Assembly: GCA_977017645.1 (NCBI GenBank)
Contig: OZ360235.1
Span: 67,208,001 to 67,272,000, forward strand
Length of the DNA: 64,000 nucleotides
Source: Torpedo marmorata
Lineage: Eukaryota
Direction of reading: 5' to 3'
Position 1 is the stretch's first letter; each line of letters opens with the position of its first letter. The notes under the pieces were generated by a model. That model was not told the origin of the DNA and did no database searches. It worked only from the letters and a program-made list of their open reading frames with translations. Below are positions 51,891 to 64,000 of the stretch, piece after piece. The position numbers were made by a program, and so were the translations under genes.

Positions 51891-54352
51891 CTACAAATCA
51901 GAACAAGCAGCAAGATTTTTAAAATATTACAAAAATGGAAACAATGGATTCAAAAACAGAAAATGACCAAGTCAACAACCAAGAGACACTCTGTGCTACA
52001 AGAAAAATATGCATTATTGAAAGGAACACACATTTCGCTGAATTTATTTTCATTCTATTGCAAACAATTATCATGTTTACATTCTCCATGTTTTTTGCAA
52101 TAAAGATCATGATTTAAAGTTATATACTTAAAATGGACTACCAGTATCAAATTTGCTCCTGGATTCTTACACACTCATGCGATGTGGATGTGCTCAGCAG
52201 GTCCATCATTTATTCCCATACCAAGTAAAATTTGTGAATTAATAATATTTAAATCTAAAACTTCATTATGCTTAATAACAATCTGAAATAAAATAACTAT
52301 ATTTAATTATAGTGGTGTAGGAAAAGAATCCAAGGTAGGGTATTAAATCTTGGGAATTCTCTACCTCGAAGGGTTATGAAGGCTGGATCACTGGAGGTAT
52401 TCAAAGAGGAAGTGAATACATTTTTGAATAATCAGGGCAATGGGGAACCAGCACAAAGTAGATGTCCTGGGCAAATTAGTCATACTTGCATTGAATGGCG
52501 GGGTTTGCTTGAGGGACTGAGTGCTCTCCTTCCACTTTTTATACTCACTGATAATAAACAGACAAATATAGATTCTCAGGTCATAAAGGACACAGGCCAG
52601 TGAAATGGACACGCAGTTGTTGAGACAAAAAACATTAGGACAGACAGCATACTCGAGTGTAATGGCCAGAATAAGCAATCATTATGTATATGCACTGACT
52701 GGAAGGAACAAATGAATAAATTCAGGTTAGAGGGTATGAAATAGCAGTCATTACTGACTAAAGGCTGCAAGATGGTCATTTCTGAGAACTAAATAAACTG
52801 AATTGCAATTTAGCAAATATGAGAATGTAGTCCTAATGATAAAGATAATAAAATCACTTTAATAGCAAGAAAGAACATGACTGAAAAATGCAGTAACTAG
52901 AGACTTTAAAAATCAAGAATGAAGAAGTTACAATTGGTTGTTGTGTATTGGATCACATTAGATATAATAAAAGGACCAGATCTAGTGAGCCTAACTACAC
53001 GTGAACCTCTACCTTCGACGAGTACAGTGTAAATTATCAGGTAATAATTATCAGGGCAGACAGAACCAGTTCATCTCTCATTTCCAGAGTTAGCATATCA
53101 CAAAAAGTTAATTTGATTTCAAGATTGGACAGGTGGAAAAGTTGAATTGATGTGAGATTATGGGCAAATGCTTGCATGGTGGACAAATGCAGATATTGAC
53201 CAATTCATCTCCAGTTAAGGCAATAAAGTGAAACAGCGAAATCTGACTCAGAGATACTAAAAAAGTATATGCATGACACAAAGTTATTTACATGTACGAC
53301 AAAGTTATTTACATTACGATAATAGCCTGATTCAGTTAGCTGATCATATTTATGTAGCTTTATCAAATAAGGATAATATAATAAATTTGAACGGGAGAAA
53401 TGAGAAACAGCAACTAAAAATTTATATTTGGGCACAGTGACTTTCACATAATAGAATAGTAATTATTCAAGATAAACTGGGCACATCAGTTGAAGAACTA
53501 AAAGATTTTAGCTAAGTCAAAATAATTTCCCATGCAACTACAGGAAGTACAAAGTTTGTCTTCTTTCTTTCCTGTAGTTCAGGGCCTCAAACACTCTCCA
53601 AGCAAAGCAACAATTTACTACCAGCTGTACTTCCATATAGTTCCTCACACAATACATTAATTATGGTTTAACTCCTGAAGAGTTTAGAATTGTGCTGAGT
53701 CTCAACTAGTTTTACCCCTTCCCAGACTGGTCCAGACCAAACTGAGACTGGCTGAACCTTTAACTTTAAGTCAGCTTTAACTTCACTTTCCTGCCAGATC
53801 ACGATCATACTTGATCAACTGGACGTCCAAAATTCTCAGAGATTTGAATTTACTTAATTATTCAGCAAAATCATGAGTTTTTCGCTCTCATAGGCAATCC
53901 AAGGGATTGAGATGATTAACTTCTAATTTATTTGTGGTCTCTGACAAGGGAAAATGGGTCCTTGATATCCACAGCTCTCTTGGGTACAGAATTCCAATGA
54001 TTCACATCCCTTAGAAATTATTCCACATCTATTTTAAATGGGCATCCTTGCCTCTGCAACTATGTTCCCTTATTCTTAAATTCCCAGAGAAATACCCTTA
54101 CAGCATTTACCTTATCAACCCCACTAACCACAATTTTGCAACAATTAATCTCAGTTTTCAAAAGATTGTGCAGGTCCAATTATTTCAATCCTTCCGCATG
54201 AATCAAACTAGTAATACTCCACTGCCCTGCTACCCACTGCCTTTAAGGCAAATATATCCTCACATAAATAAGGAATCCTAAACTGTATGTGCTAATCCAT
54301 GTGTGGTCTTATGGTAGCAAGACCTTCTTACTCTTAAACCTTCGTGCAATAA

Positions 54353-57210
54353 CTGGATAAGATATCGTACAATCCAAGAGATTAATGACACTTTTAAACA
54401 GTTTTATACAAAATTTTATGAATCAGAGTCACCAAGTGACTCAACTAAAATAGATGAGTTCTTGTCCACGATTGAATTGCCAAAATCGGACCAGGAGGAT
54501 CAGATGGAATTAGATGCCTTTCTCTGGAGAGGAGATTGAAAAAGCCTTGGGTTCTCTACAGGTGAATAAATCGCCGGGAGAAGCTGGTTTCCCTCCTGAG
54601 TTCTACAGAGAGTTTAAGGATCTTTTGATGCCTCTTATTATGAATGTAGTTAACCAGGCAGCGGAAACATGGACTCTCCCTGAATCCTTTTCAACAGCTA
54701 TTATTACGGTTATACCAAAGAAAAATAGAGACCCATTAAAACCTTCTTCATACAGGCCCATCTCATTATTAAATGCAGACTACAAAATAATAGCCAAGGC
54801 AATGGCTAATAGATTGGGTCAATATTTACCAAAATTGATAAGTTAGGACCAAGTCGGCTTTATTAAGAAGAGACACTCGGCCAACAATTTGGGCAGACTA
54901 TTGAGTATTATACATTTGGCACAATCAAAAACAGACCCAAGTATAGCTGTGTCTTTGGATGCAGAAAAAGCATTTGATAGGCTGGAATGGCCTTCTTTAT
55001 TCAAGGTACTGGAGAAATTTGGATTGGGACAATCATTTATGAATTGGGTAAGAACGCTCTATTACAAACCTCGGGCTAAGATCATTATGAATGGCCAGAT
55101 ATTGTCGACATTCCCCTTAAGTAGGTCTAGCAGACAGGGTTGTCCACTGTCTCCAGGACTTTTTATCTTGCCAATTGAGCCACTGGCAGAATCTATTAGG
55201 TGGGACCCAGACATAAAAGGATTCAGGGTGGACCAGGTGGATCATAAGAGCACATCATCTGCAAATAAATGAATTTTGTGTTTGACAGACCCTGCCGAGT
55301 CCTTGGCCAGGTTGCAGACCACACTGGAAGATTACAGCATGATGTCGGGTTACAAAATCAATTTAGAAAAAAGTGAGATCATGCCGTTGACAAAATTTGA
55401 TTACGGGGAATATCAACAAAGGAGTCGTTTTAAATGGCAACCAAAAGGTATTAAATATTTAGGAATAATGATTGATAATAATTTGCAGAATTGGTATAGA
55501 CTTAACTATCTCCCTATGCTTGGAAAGATTGAAGACGATTTACTTAGGTGGAGGAACCTGCCCATTACTCTAGTGGGCAGGGTGAACTGCATTAAAATGA
55601 AGGTGATGCCGAGACTGCAATACCTCTTTCGGTCCTTACCGATCCCATTTTTTTTAAAAACACTTACCTTCGCACATGACCAAGTGGAGTACGTAAGGCA
55701 ATTTATCTGGAGTGGTAAGGTCTCCAGAGTTTCCATGGAGAAGCTGACATGGGATTACAATTTGGGGGGTTTGCGATTACCAAATTTTAAGAAATATTAT
55801 TTAGCAGCCCAATCGAGGTTTCTTTCATCCTTTTTCGAGGAGGACGATCCCCCCTCGTGGGTCCAAATTGGACTACACACCATGGGAGAGAATATAGCGA
55901 AGGATTTTATTTACAAATGGAACACCAAATTAATATCTGGAAGAACGGACAACCCCATTCTAAAACACATGATTAAGATTTGGCAGGAAATCTGAAGGAA
56001 AGGTGGAAATATCACCAAAGGCACCTTTGATCCAAAATGAAACTATACCCATGGCTTTGGGTAACAAAATCTTAAACATTTGGCACCAGAAGGGACTCCG
56101 GTATATTGAAGATTGTTATGAGAAAGGACAACTTATGTCTTTTGAGCAATTGAAGAGTAAATATGATTTGTCTAATGGAACCTTCTACTGTTTTCTTCAA
56201 CTAAGGTCCTTCTTGAGGGATAGATGGGGTCCTACAATGACCCCACGTAGGTGTAATGAAATGGAAAAGTTGCTTAGATTGGGAAATGCACCTAAATTCA
56301 TATCTAGAATGTATTTCGTACTCCAAAGCGAAAGCCCTAAGATGGGCCGACAAAGATCGAGAGAGAGGTGGGAGTCGGACTTGGGCATAACAATTCACGA
56401 ACGATACTGGTCAGACTGGTGTTTAGACAGCATGACAGCAGTCATTAATGCCAGATATAGGCTGGTTCAATATAATTTCCTACACCAATTTTATCTCACA
56501 CCACAAAACCTACACAAGTCAAAATCAGAAATATCAGAAATGTTATTTCAGGTGTGGTATAGAAATTGGATCCTTTTTACACTCCACTTGGTCATGTGCG
56601 AAGGTAAGGCCCTTTTGGCATGATTTAGCTAACGCACTAACTAGGATTACGGGAGTAGCCTTCCCACTTGACCCGGAGGTGTATCTTTTAGGAAACCTCA
56701 TGGACATAAGCAACAGATTATCTAAATTCCAAATTCAATTTGTAAAAGTTGCTCTGTCCGTAGCAAAAAAATGCATCACAGTTACTTGGAAGTCCGACTC
56801 CCCCCTTCCTCATCACTCGATGGTCTACGGAAATGTACAGCTGTGTCCCCATGGAAAAAATTGCATAGTCTTAGAAATAAGTACGATAACTTTGTTAAAG
56901 TGTGGCAACTGTTCTTGGAGCACATTGGTGCTCAGCTGTAATCAAACCCCTGACGTATGGTATGATGTAATGTATAATTATTTTAAGGGTGTGACATCCC
57001 CAAATACTTGAACAAAAGTTGTAAGCACTGACGGTACGTTTAGTTTGCTTTTTATTTTGTCTTAGTTTTATTCTTTTTCTTTTTTTGGGTGGGGAAGGGA
57101 GGGTTAAGGGGTGTAATGTATTACATGTTTTAAATTTGTGTATATTTCGTGATTGTTTATTAATGTTTTGTGAAAATTTCTGAAAATGAAAAATAAAATA
57201 TATTTTTTAA
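54353..57210 (+). mobile_element. Older 5'-truncated L1 (RT to 3'UTR), multiple stops and frameshifts, antisense in a NUP50 intron
   Basis: YRPISLLNADYK, LDAEKAFDRLEW, RQGCPLSP pieces homologous to the intact ORF2; AATAAA ~57192; 17-bp TSD AAACCTTC(G/A)TGCAATAA at 54336-54352 and 57211-57227; TT/AAA target. Confidence 0.93.
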
Positions 57211-59116
57211 AAACCTTCATGCAATAATCAAAATTCCATTTGCATTCCACAAGATTTGTTGTTTCTTGTATGAGCAGACTCAGATCTTTCATGTATTAGT
57301 ATCAAACTATTCAAATGGTATGGTGCTTTCCTGTTCCTCCTTCCAAAGTGAATAACCGCACATTTTCCCACATTATACATCACCTGCCGTATTTTTGCTC
57401 ATTCACTTGACCTATATGTATTGCTTTGTAACTTTGTACCCTCCTCAAAACTTGCTTTCCCACTGGTGTTGTTAGCAAACTCATTCAATACACTCTATCC
57501 ATTTATCCAAAGTCTCCAGCACTAATCTAGATAACACACCATTAATTTCAACCTGCCAACTTGAAAATGACCCAGTTATCCTAACTCTGTTTTCTTTACC
57601 GCTTGAATATATTATCCTCAAACCATGACCTTATTTTGGAGTAATTTTTTTCAATCCACCTCTTTACTGAATATCTTTCAGAAATATAAATACAGCACTC
57701 TATATCCTTTGGTTACTTGTTAGTATGTATGTTCAAAGATCTTGAATAAATTTATTAAACGCTTTCGATTATGGGGAATGGGGTTATGGAGAAAAGGCAG
57801 GAGAATGGGGTTGAAAGGAAAAAATACATCAGTCATGATTTGAATGGCAGAGCAGATTCATTGGGCTAAATGGCCTAATTCTGCCAAGTCTCACGGTCAT
57901 TTCACAACATCAATGATTGGTATCAGACTAACTAGCCTATTTTCTTTTGATTTGTTTTTCTCCCTCTCCTTTTTCCTTCCTTTCTTAAACAATGATGTTA
58001 CATTTGTGGCTTTTTAAATCCACTGGGACCCTTTCAGGATTACTCCTTTTTGAATTCTAGGACATTGGCCATCAGTACCAAAGAATCTGTCAGTTTTCAG
58101 TACTATTACTTTATCAAATACTTGTTCTCTATCAAAATTCATCTTTTTTTCAACCTTTTTTGAAAAACCTATATTTGAAGAATATAAATTACCAGAAGAG
58201 TGCACAGGATAGACTTGAATTTCTTGAAATGCAAGTGGTAATGAGGAGTTAATTGAATTTTCCAATATACCAAGGGAAACCAATCAAGTAGAATGAAGTA
58301 GATTGGTGAGCAATTTAGAACATTGGAGCAGAATTTAAAAGGCCATGCAGAAGTGAAGTTGGGAAGGACTTCTACGCAGTGATAAAAATTTGTAACTCTT
58401 TGTAAATGTCAACTGGTATTAGGTTAATTGTTAATGTTAAAACAAATACCAACTTTGCTTTTCAATTTTATTTTTGTATTTTAATGCTCTATTTTTTTTT
58501 GCTTGGAAGAAATTTCCTTAACCCATTTATGTACTAACTGACCTCATTCTGCTCTTAAAAATGATTCATCACATACAAATCTGTATTGAAGCTCATTTGT
58601 GAATTAAAAATACATGAGAAATCATTGTATAATGACATTGCCTTGTAGTTCTGCTTTTCACTCACAATATTACATTCCTCACACCTTAATTTGTCATCCA
58701 CAAATTTCAAAATTGTGTTTTCAATTTTGAAGTCCAAGTGGTGAACAACCAGGATACTTGCACAAAACCAGATGAAACGTAATGCAACTTTCAGCAATTC
58801 CACTAACTTTACCCCTTCCATTTTTTTTGTTTTATACCAATGTTCTTTAATTTCCATGTGTTCCTACCCAAGTTACAGTTCTGATAAATCATAGTATTAA
58901 GCTTGAAAGAAGAAGCACATTTATAAAGCAAATTTCAAAGCTCAATGTAAAAATTTTGTGAAACTTATTGGTGTTTTATCAAGCAATGAACTACATCAAG
59001 GCCAGAATACGAAGTATTTAGGAAATTAGAACCTCTGATCTAAATTTATGTCTACAATTGTCACATTCTTTCGTACAGATTTCCCCATGCTTTTTTGCAC
59101 CTGATTAATCCACATA

Positions 59117-59317
59117 TAGTTAAAAACCCCTGGTATCCAGCACCTACGGGGATTGGTAGATGCCGGATAAGCGAGTTTTCTGGTTGCTTGAGACTGTGTT
59201 GCGTGAATGGAGAACGGCAAGGTGCGCCAATTTTAAACTTCCGTATTTTTTTACCCATTCATTTTCCGCCTTTTTTTTTGCTGGTTGCTTGAATTCCTGA
59301 TAACAGGAATTTTACTG
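59117..59317. mobile_element. Tigger-like MITE
   Basis: Imperfect TIRs TAGTTAAAAACCCCTGGTATC / GATAACAGGAATTTTACTG flanked by TA. Confidence 0.5.
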
Positions 59318-59364
59318 TACTAAGATGCAATTTTTTTCTCTCCGTAAACTATGTAATAGACATA

Positions 59365-60015
59365 CCGTATATTTCGGCGTATAAGTCGACCGGCAGATAA
59401 GTCGACCCCCCTTTTACAGCCTCATTTTAATGGTTTTATGGTATATCCGGCGTATAAGTCGACCCCCAATTTTCAGGCCTCCCAGCAACAACCCAAAATT
59501 TGTTACAACACCCCAATCGCCAAGTAACAAAGCTGTAAATTAAGCAAGTACCGGTCAGTAAAAAAAACCTTTGCTTCTGGCCGGGAAGATGCAGGTGCGG
59601 CGACGTCTTTCTCCCGAGCAGGAGCGGCGACGTCTTTCTCCCGAGCAGGAGCGGGGACGTCTTTCTCCCGAGCAGGAGCGGGGAGCTCGTTCTCCTGGGT
59701 AGGAGCGGGGACCTCGGACTCTACAATTGTAGAATGTCTGGGTGGTTTATGGCGGCGCCCGGCGGTGGGGAGGTGTCTGGGAGCGGCGGTGGGGAGGTGC
59801 TTCCAGCGTCGACCTATACGCCGAATCGGTTTTTCATGGGTCGACTTATACGCCGAATCGTGTTTTCAAGGGTCGACTTATACGCCGAATCGGCGTGAAC
59901 TGGATTTTGAGCTGATTTTAAGGTCTCAAAAGTATATCCGGCGTATAAGTCGACCCCCGTTTTTTGAGACATTTTTGAGGGTTTCAAGGGTCGACTTATA
60001 CGCCGAAATATACGG
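59365..60015. mobile_element. Young non-autonomous Tc2/pogo-like DNA transposon
   Basis: Perfect 27-bp TIR CCGTATATTTCGGCGTATAAGTCGACC, TA TSD within ACA-TA-TGT, multiple subterminal GGCGTATAAGTCGAC copies, internal 27-bp tandem repeat at ~59597-59710. Confidence 0.92.
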
Positions 60016-60789
60016 TATGTATCATATTTTCCTGTGCAAAAATAAACTGATCCCTGGATATGACCTTTGGCTCTACCTTTTGATAGCAAATATTTTGGCC
60101 CCATACCAAGTTGGGCCAAACTCCTGTTTCCATGCTATATGACTATATAACTATGACTAGAACTGCAAAGGATTGGGAATTAAAATGTTATTACAGATTA
60201 ATTTTTAAACTTGGCTACCAAAATGTGTGAATACAAAGTGTGAATATGATTCTCAAGAAACTCCAGTTTCAATCACTTCTAAAGATAAACAGTAGCAAGA
60301 TTCAGTCTTCCAAAACCCCAAATATTTACAGCACATTTTCAGTAAAGTTATCTGGACATTAAAAATTGCCCCTTAAGTTCACCACTGGCTTCATTTACCA
60401 TGACTTGTCACCAAAGAAACTACTTGGTTAATCTCAGTACATCTCCCAAAGACAGGTCAAAATGGCTTCTTGTTTGAAAAATGTGCAAAACAGTCTTCTT
60501 AATGGTGCGATCATGCAAACACTACACGAGTGATAGCCTTCCAAACCTTACTTTAAAACAATGTTATTAAGCATTCATTTCCGAGTGCATTGCTAAAGGA
60601 AGTCTAATATCATCCATTTCTATTCCCCATCTCATCAACTTCAAAGCAAACAAAAAAAAAGTAAAATGTCTACAGAAACTTTACAAGAGTTAAAGTGACC
60701 CTGGGTGAGTAACAAGGGAAAATTACAAAATGGCAGATAAATCTATCTGGTATTTTGTATTCTTTGCAGTTAAGACTGATGCAAGTAAC

Positions 60790-62240
60790 ATCCCAGAAAT
60801 ATCTGCAAATTGGGTTATGAAAGGAAAAATACAACCAGAGAAATAACATTAGCCAACAATTGGAGCTGCAAGTGGACAAGTCCTTTGGATCTGATGCAGT
60901 TCATCATGGGTCCTGAAAGTGGCTGCTGAGAAAGTTGATATGGTTTTGCTTTTCCAAAATTCTTTAGATTTGGGAAGGCTCCATTAGATTGCAAAATAGC
61001 AAATGCACCTCCTTTATTCAGAAAGGGAGTGAGACAGAAAGCATTAACCTACAGGCCAGTTACCTTTCCATCCGTCACAGGGAAACGTTAGAGGCCACTA
61101 TTAAAACTATTATAGAAAGGCATTTTGAAAAATTCAAGACAATCAGGCAGAATCAACATGGGTTTACAAAAAAGAAATCTTTAGCAAATTTATTATACCA
61201 TGATGAAGTAACAGGTGCCATGGATGAAAGGGAATAATGAATGCACTATATCAGATTCCCAGAAGCTATTTGGTATGGTGCCACATCAAATAGAATATAC
61301 AGGAGGTAGCATATTGATGGAAGATTGGCTGGGTAATAGGAAATAGAGTAAGTGCAAATATTTTCTAGTTGGCAAGATGTAATAAATAACTGGGATAAAG
61401 GCACGAAAAGTTGGTTGCCAAATTTGCTGATGACACAAGATAGATAAGAATGCAAATTGTGAAAGAACAATGGAGATCACACAGAGATGTAGACAGGTTA
61501 AGTGGGCAAAGGACTGGCAAATGTACTGTAATGAGGAAAACAGGAAGATGTCCATTTTAGTTGAAAAATAAAATAACTGGTAAGAAAGATTGCAGAGCTC
61601 TGAAATGTAGAAGGAACAGCATGTCCTAGCACATGATGCAACAAAACTATATGCCGATCCAGCAAATAATTAGGGAAGCTAATGGAAAGTTATCCTTTCT
61701 TGCAAAGAGAAATGAATACAAAAGTTGGGAGGTTATGCTTCAATTACGTAGGGCATCAGTGAGAACACATCTGGGAGTATAATATTGGTCTCCTGATTTA
61801 AAGATACAAATGTATTCAGAGGTGGCTTACAAACTGGTCTGTGGAATGGAGGGTTGTCTTGCAGAGAAAAGCTTGGATAGATTAGGCTTCTATTTATTGA
61901 GAGGGAACTTGATTAAAACATACACAAGATCCTGAAGCGACTTGTCAGTGTGGATTTGAAGAGGAGGCTTCCCCCTTGTGGCACACACTAGAACTAGGGA
62001 TCACTATTTAAATATTGGTAGTCACCCATTTAAGACAGAGATGAGAAAAAAGATTTTTCTCAAAGGATCATATGTCTTTGAACTCTCTTCCTCAAGGGAT
62101 GAGTGGAAGCAAAGTCTTTAAGATAGACTGATTCTTGACAAGCAGGGCTAAGTGGGAATGCAGGAGCCGAGGTTACAATAAGATCATGGCAGAAGAGAAT
62201 GGAGGAATCAAGTGGCCTAATCCTGATCTCAATTAGTATG
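60790..62240 (+). mobile_element. Heavily decayed CR1 LINE
   Basis: Remnants IRQNQHGF and AAATTTGCTGATGACAC (KFADDT), with a CR1-like 3' end. Confidence 0.65.
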
Positions 62241-63674
62241 TAGATATGTACAAAATGTAATTATAAGAGAAGGTTCAAATAAAGGAATTGCCTGATTTGC
62301 CAGATTCTTTTGGAATGTCTTCTGCTGTTACTCAACTTTCAGAAGGCACTATTTCTGTTTGTTGTTGTACAAATTCCGATACCTAAAGAACTAACAGAAG
62401 CATGGGCAAGATATTTTTAATGTATTTAAAACAGAACATCTAAAAAACACCATACTTTAGTAGATAATTTGATTGGATGACAATGCAACCGTGTTCCTGA
62501 AATTTTATTATGTTAGATGATTACTTGATTAGTGTTTTTTTTAAATGAAAGAAGTGTTGTTAGTGCTTTGCATGAAGATCTGATGTGGCGTAGATAACCA
62601 GGTCATACAAAAAACACTAGGAGATAAAAAACATGCTCTGTAGGTTGGATCTACGAGGTAGCATCCAGATTTAAGTAGTAGATTAAAAAGCAGTACCTCA
62701 TGGTTAATAACACACTATCTGAACTATAAACTGGCATTGAACCAAAAGATGAAAGAATTATTATATGGTTGAACTGTCATGAAGGGAATGATGAGCTCTT
62801 TTCTGTGGGATAGAAAGCAGCTGGACTGATGGATTGGGCTTCAGCTGAACAGAAATGGAAAGGGTAAATGAGGTTACAAAGGTTTTAAACTTCTAAGAAA
62901 GATTGGGGAAATGTTATGAAAAAACCCTAAATATCAATAAAACAGAACTAAAACTAAAGGAAGGCATAAAATAGCAAGGAACAGAATCATGGAACATGAG
63001 AAAAATTGTAATAATCAATCAAGATAAACTGTAAAGCAATGCACAGTGCCTGTAATAAAACAGGGAATTAGAAGCAATAATATATCACGAGAAACCAGAT
63101 AGAGATTGAATTAATGAGATATAGCTGACAGAAAAATCAGGACTAGAATATACATACAGACTATCCCCAGGTAACAAATGGGTTTCATTTTTTTAAACAG
63201 ACGTTCATACGTGGAAAAATACACCAAAAAAAATCACTGAACATGGTAACCACACCTCTAGAGTATTGTAATGAATTGCATCAAAGCACACAAGATTGAT
63301 AAGAAACAATTATTAAAAGTGAAGAGAGAAAGCTAGTTCTGTCTCTCATGGGAATGGATACATGCATGTACACAAGATGTCTTAATTTAATAATTATGTA
63401 CTGGTGTTCTGAAGTTGGGCATTTGCAACCTGGGAACGGCCTACTTACAGAATTTTATGGAAAGAAAAATGTGGCAATGAACAGCCGTACTTCAAGATAG
63501 CACCATCTAAAAATACTGTCCCAAAATTATTTGTTTAGAAGAGATAGGGTATAAGGAAAAAGACGTGCAATCTTAAGAGCATATCCCTTTTTTAACCCAG
63601 TACTTCATCCGATAGACAAAGGAAATTGTGCTATTCAATGAACCAGAGTAGACAAGAGAAGTTACATTTAACTT

Positions 63675-63919
63675 TTAAATTTAAATTTAGACATACAGCA
63701 CAGTAACAGGCCATTTCGGCCCACGAGCCCATGTCACCCAATTACACCCGATTGACCTACACCCCCGGTACGTTTTTGAACAGTGGGAGGAAACCGGAGC
63801 CCCCGGGGAAAACCCACGCAGACACGGGGAGAACATACAAACTCCTTACAGACAGCGCGGGATTTGAACCCCGGTCCCGATCGTTGGCGCTGTAAAGGCG
63901 TTGCGCTAACCGCTACGCC
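63675..63919 (-). mobile_element. V-SINE (HE1-like), young CpG-rich copy
   Basis: Minus strand GCGTAGCGGTTAGCGCAACG...GGTTCAAATCC (B box), V core, TTTAAA-repeat tail. Confidence 0.88.
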
Positions 63920-64000
63920 TATATGAGGTAATGAACATGGCACAATAGGCTTCACGATAACTGAAAATAACAATGAAGATTAGGATTACAGATTGAACAC

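Noticed and set aside
53275-53318. Short ~21-bp tandem duplication (also an 18-bp one at ~41652-41690)
   Set aside because: Ordinary slippage duplications with no further structure.
59597-59710. 27-bp repeats as a CRISPR-like array
   Set aside because: Head-to-tail tandem units with no unique spacers, inside a eukaryotic DNA transposon; no cas genes.
62292-62382. Possible upstream NUP50 exon (TTCTTTAG acceptor on the minus strand)
   Set aside because: Stops in all three frames, non-canonical donor and no NUP50 similarity.
63840-63919. tRNA gene
   Set aside because: A/B-box-like motifs belong to the SINE head; no complete cloverleaf.

Overview
Vertebrate genomic DNA, most likely a cartilaginous fish (inferred from the V-SINE/CR1/Rex/Penelope repeat landscape, not proven). 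Two host genes converge tail-to-tail as in human 22q13: the last two coding exons of KIAA0930 (+; 11549-11704, 13710-13750, then a ~6 kb TE-free probable 3' UTR) and the last three coding exons of NUP50 (-; 51809-51890, 49781-49899, 44566-44777, Ran-binding domain). Upstream of the KIAA0930 exons, presumably in its intron, is a full-length intronless DDX39A-like processed pseudogene with a perfect 16-bp TSD. A young antisense L1 with an uninterrupted 1263-aa ORF2 inserted exactly at its 3'UTR/poly(A) junction (13-bp TSD, TTTT/AA site). The rest is mostly transposon-derived: several ~130-150-bp Penelope-derived inserts carrying minimal hammerhead-ribozyme cores and their own TSDs, two copies of a composite double-hairpin hAT MITE, Tc2-like, Tigger-like and piggyBac-like MITEs, probable solo LTRs, V-SINEs, a decayed second L1 and a multi-level nested CR1/Rex cluster. 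I see no rRNA, true tRNA or CRISPR. Nothing here is clearly a new biological system; the hammerhead-bearing mini-elements, the composite MITE and the nested retrocopy are the best leads. All coordinates were read by eye.
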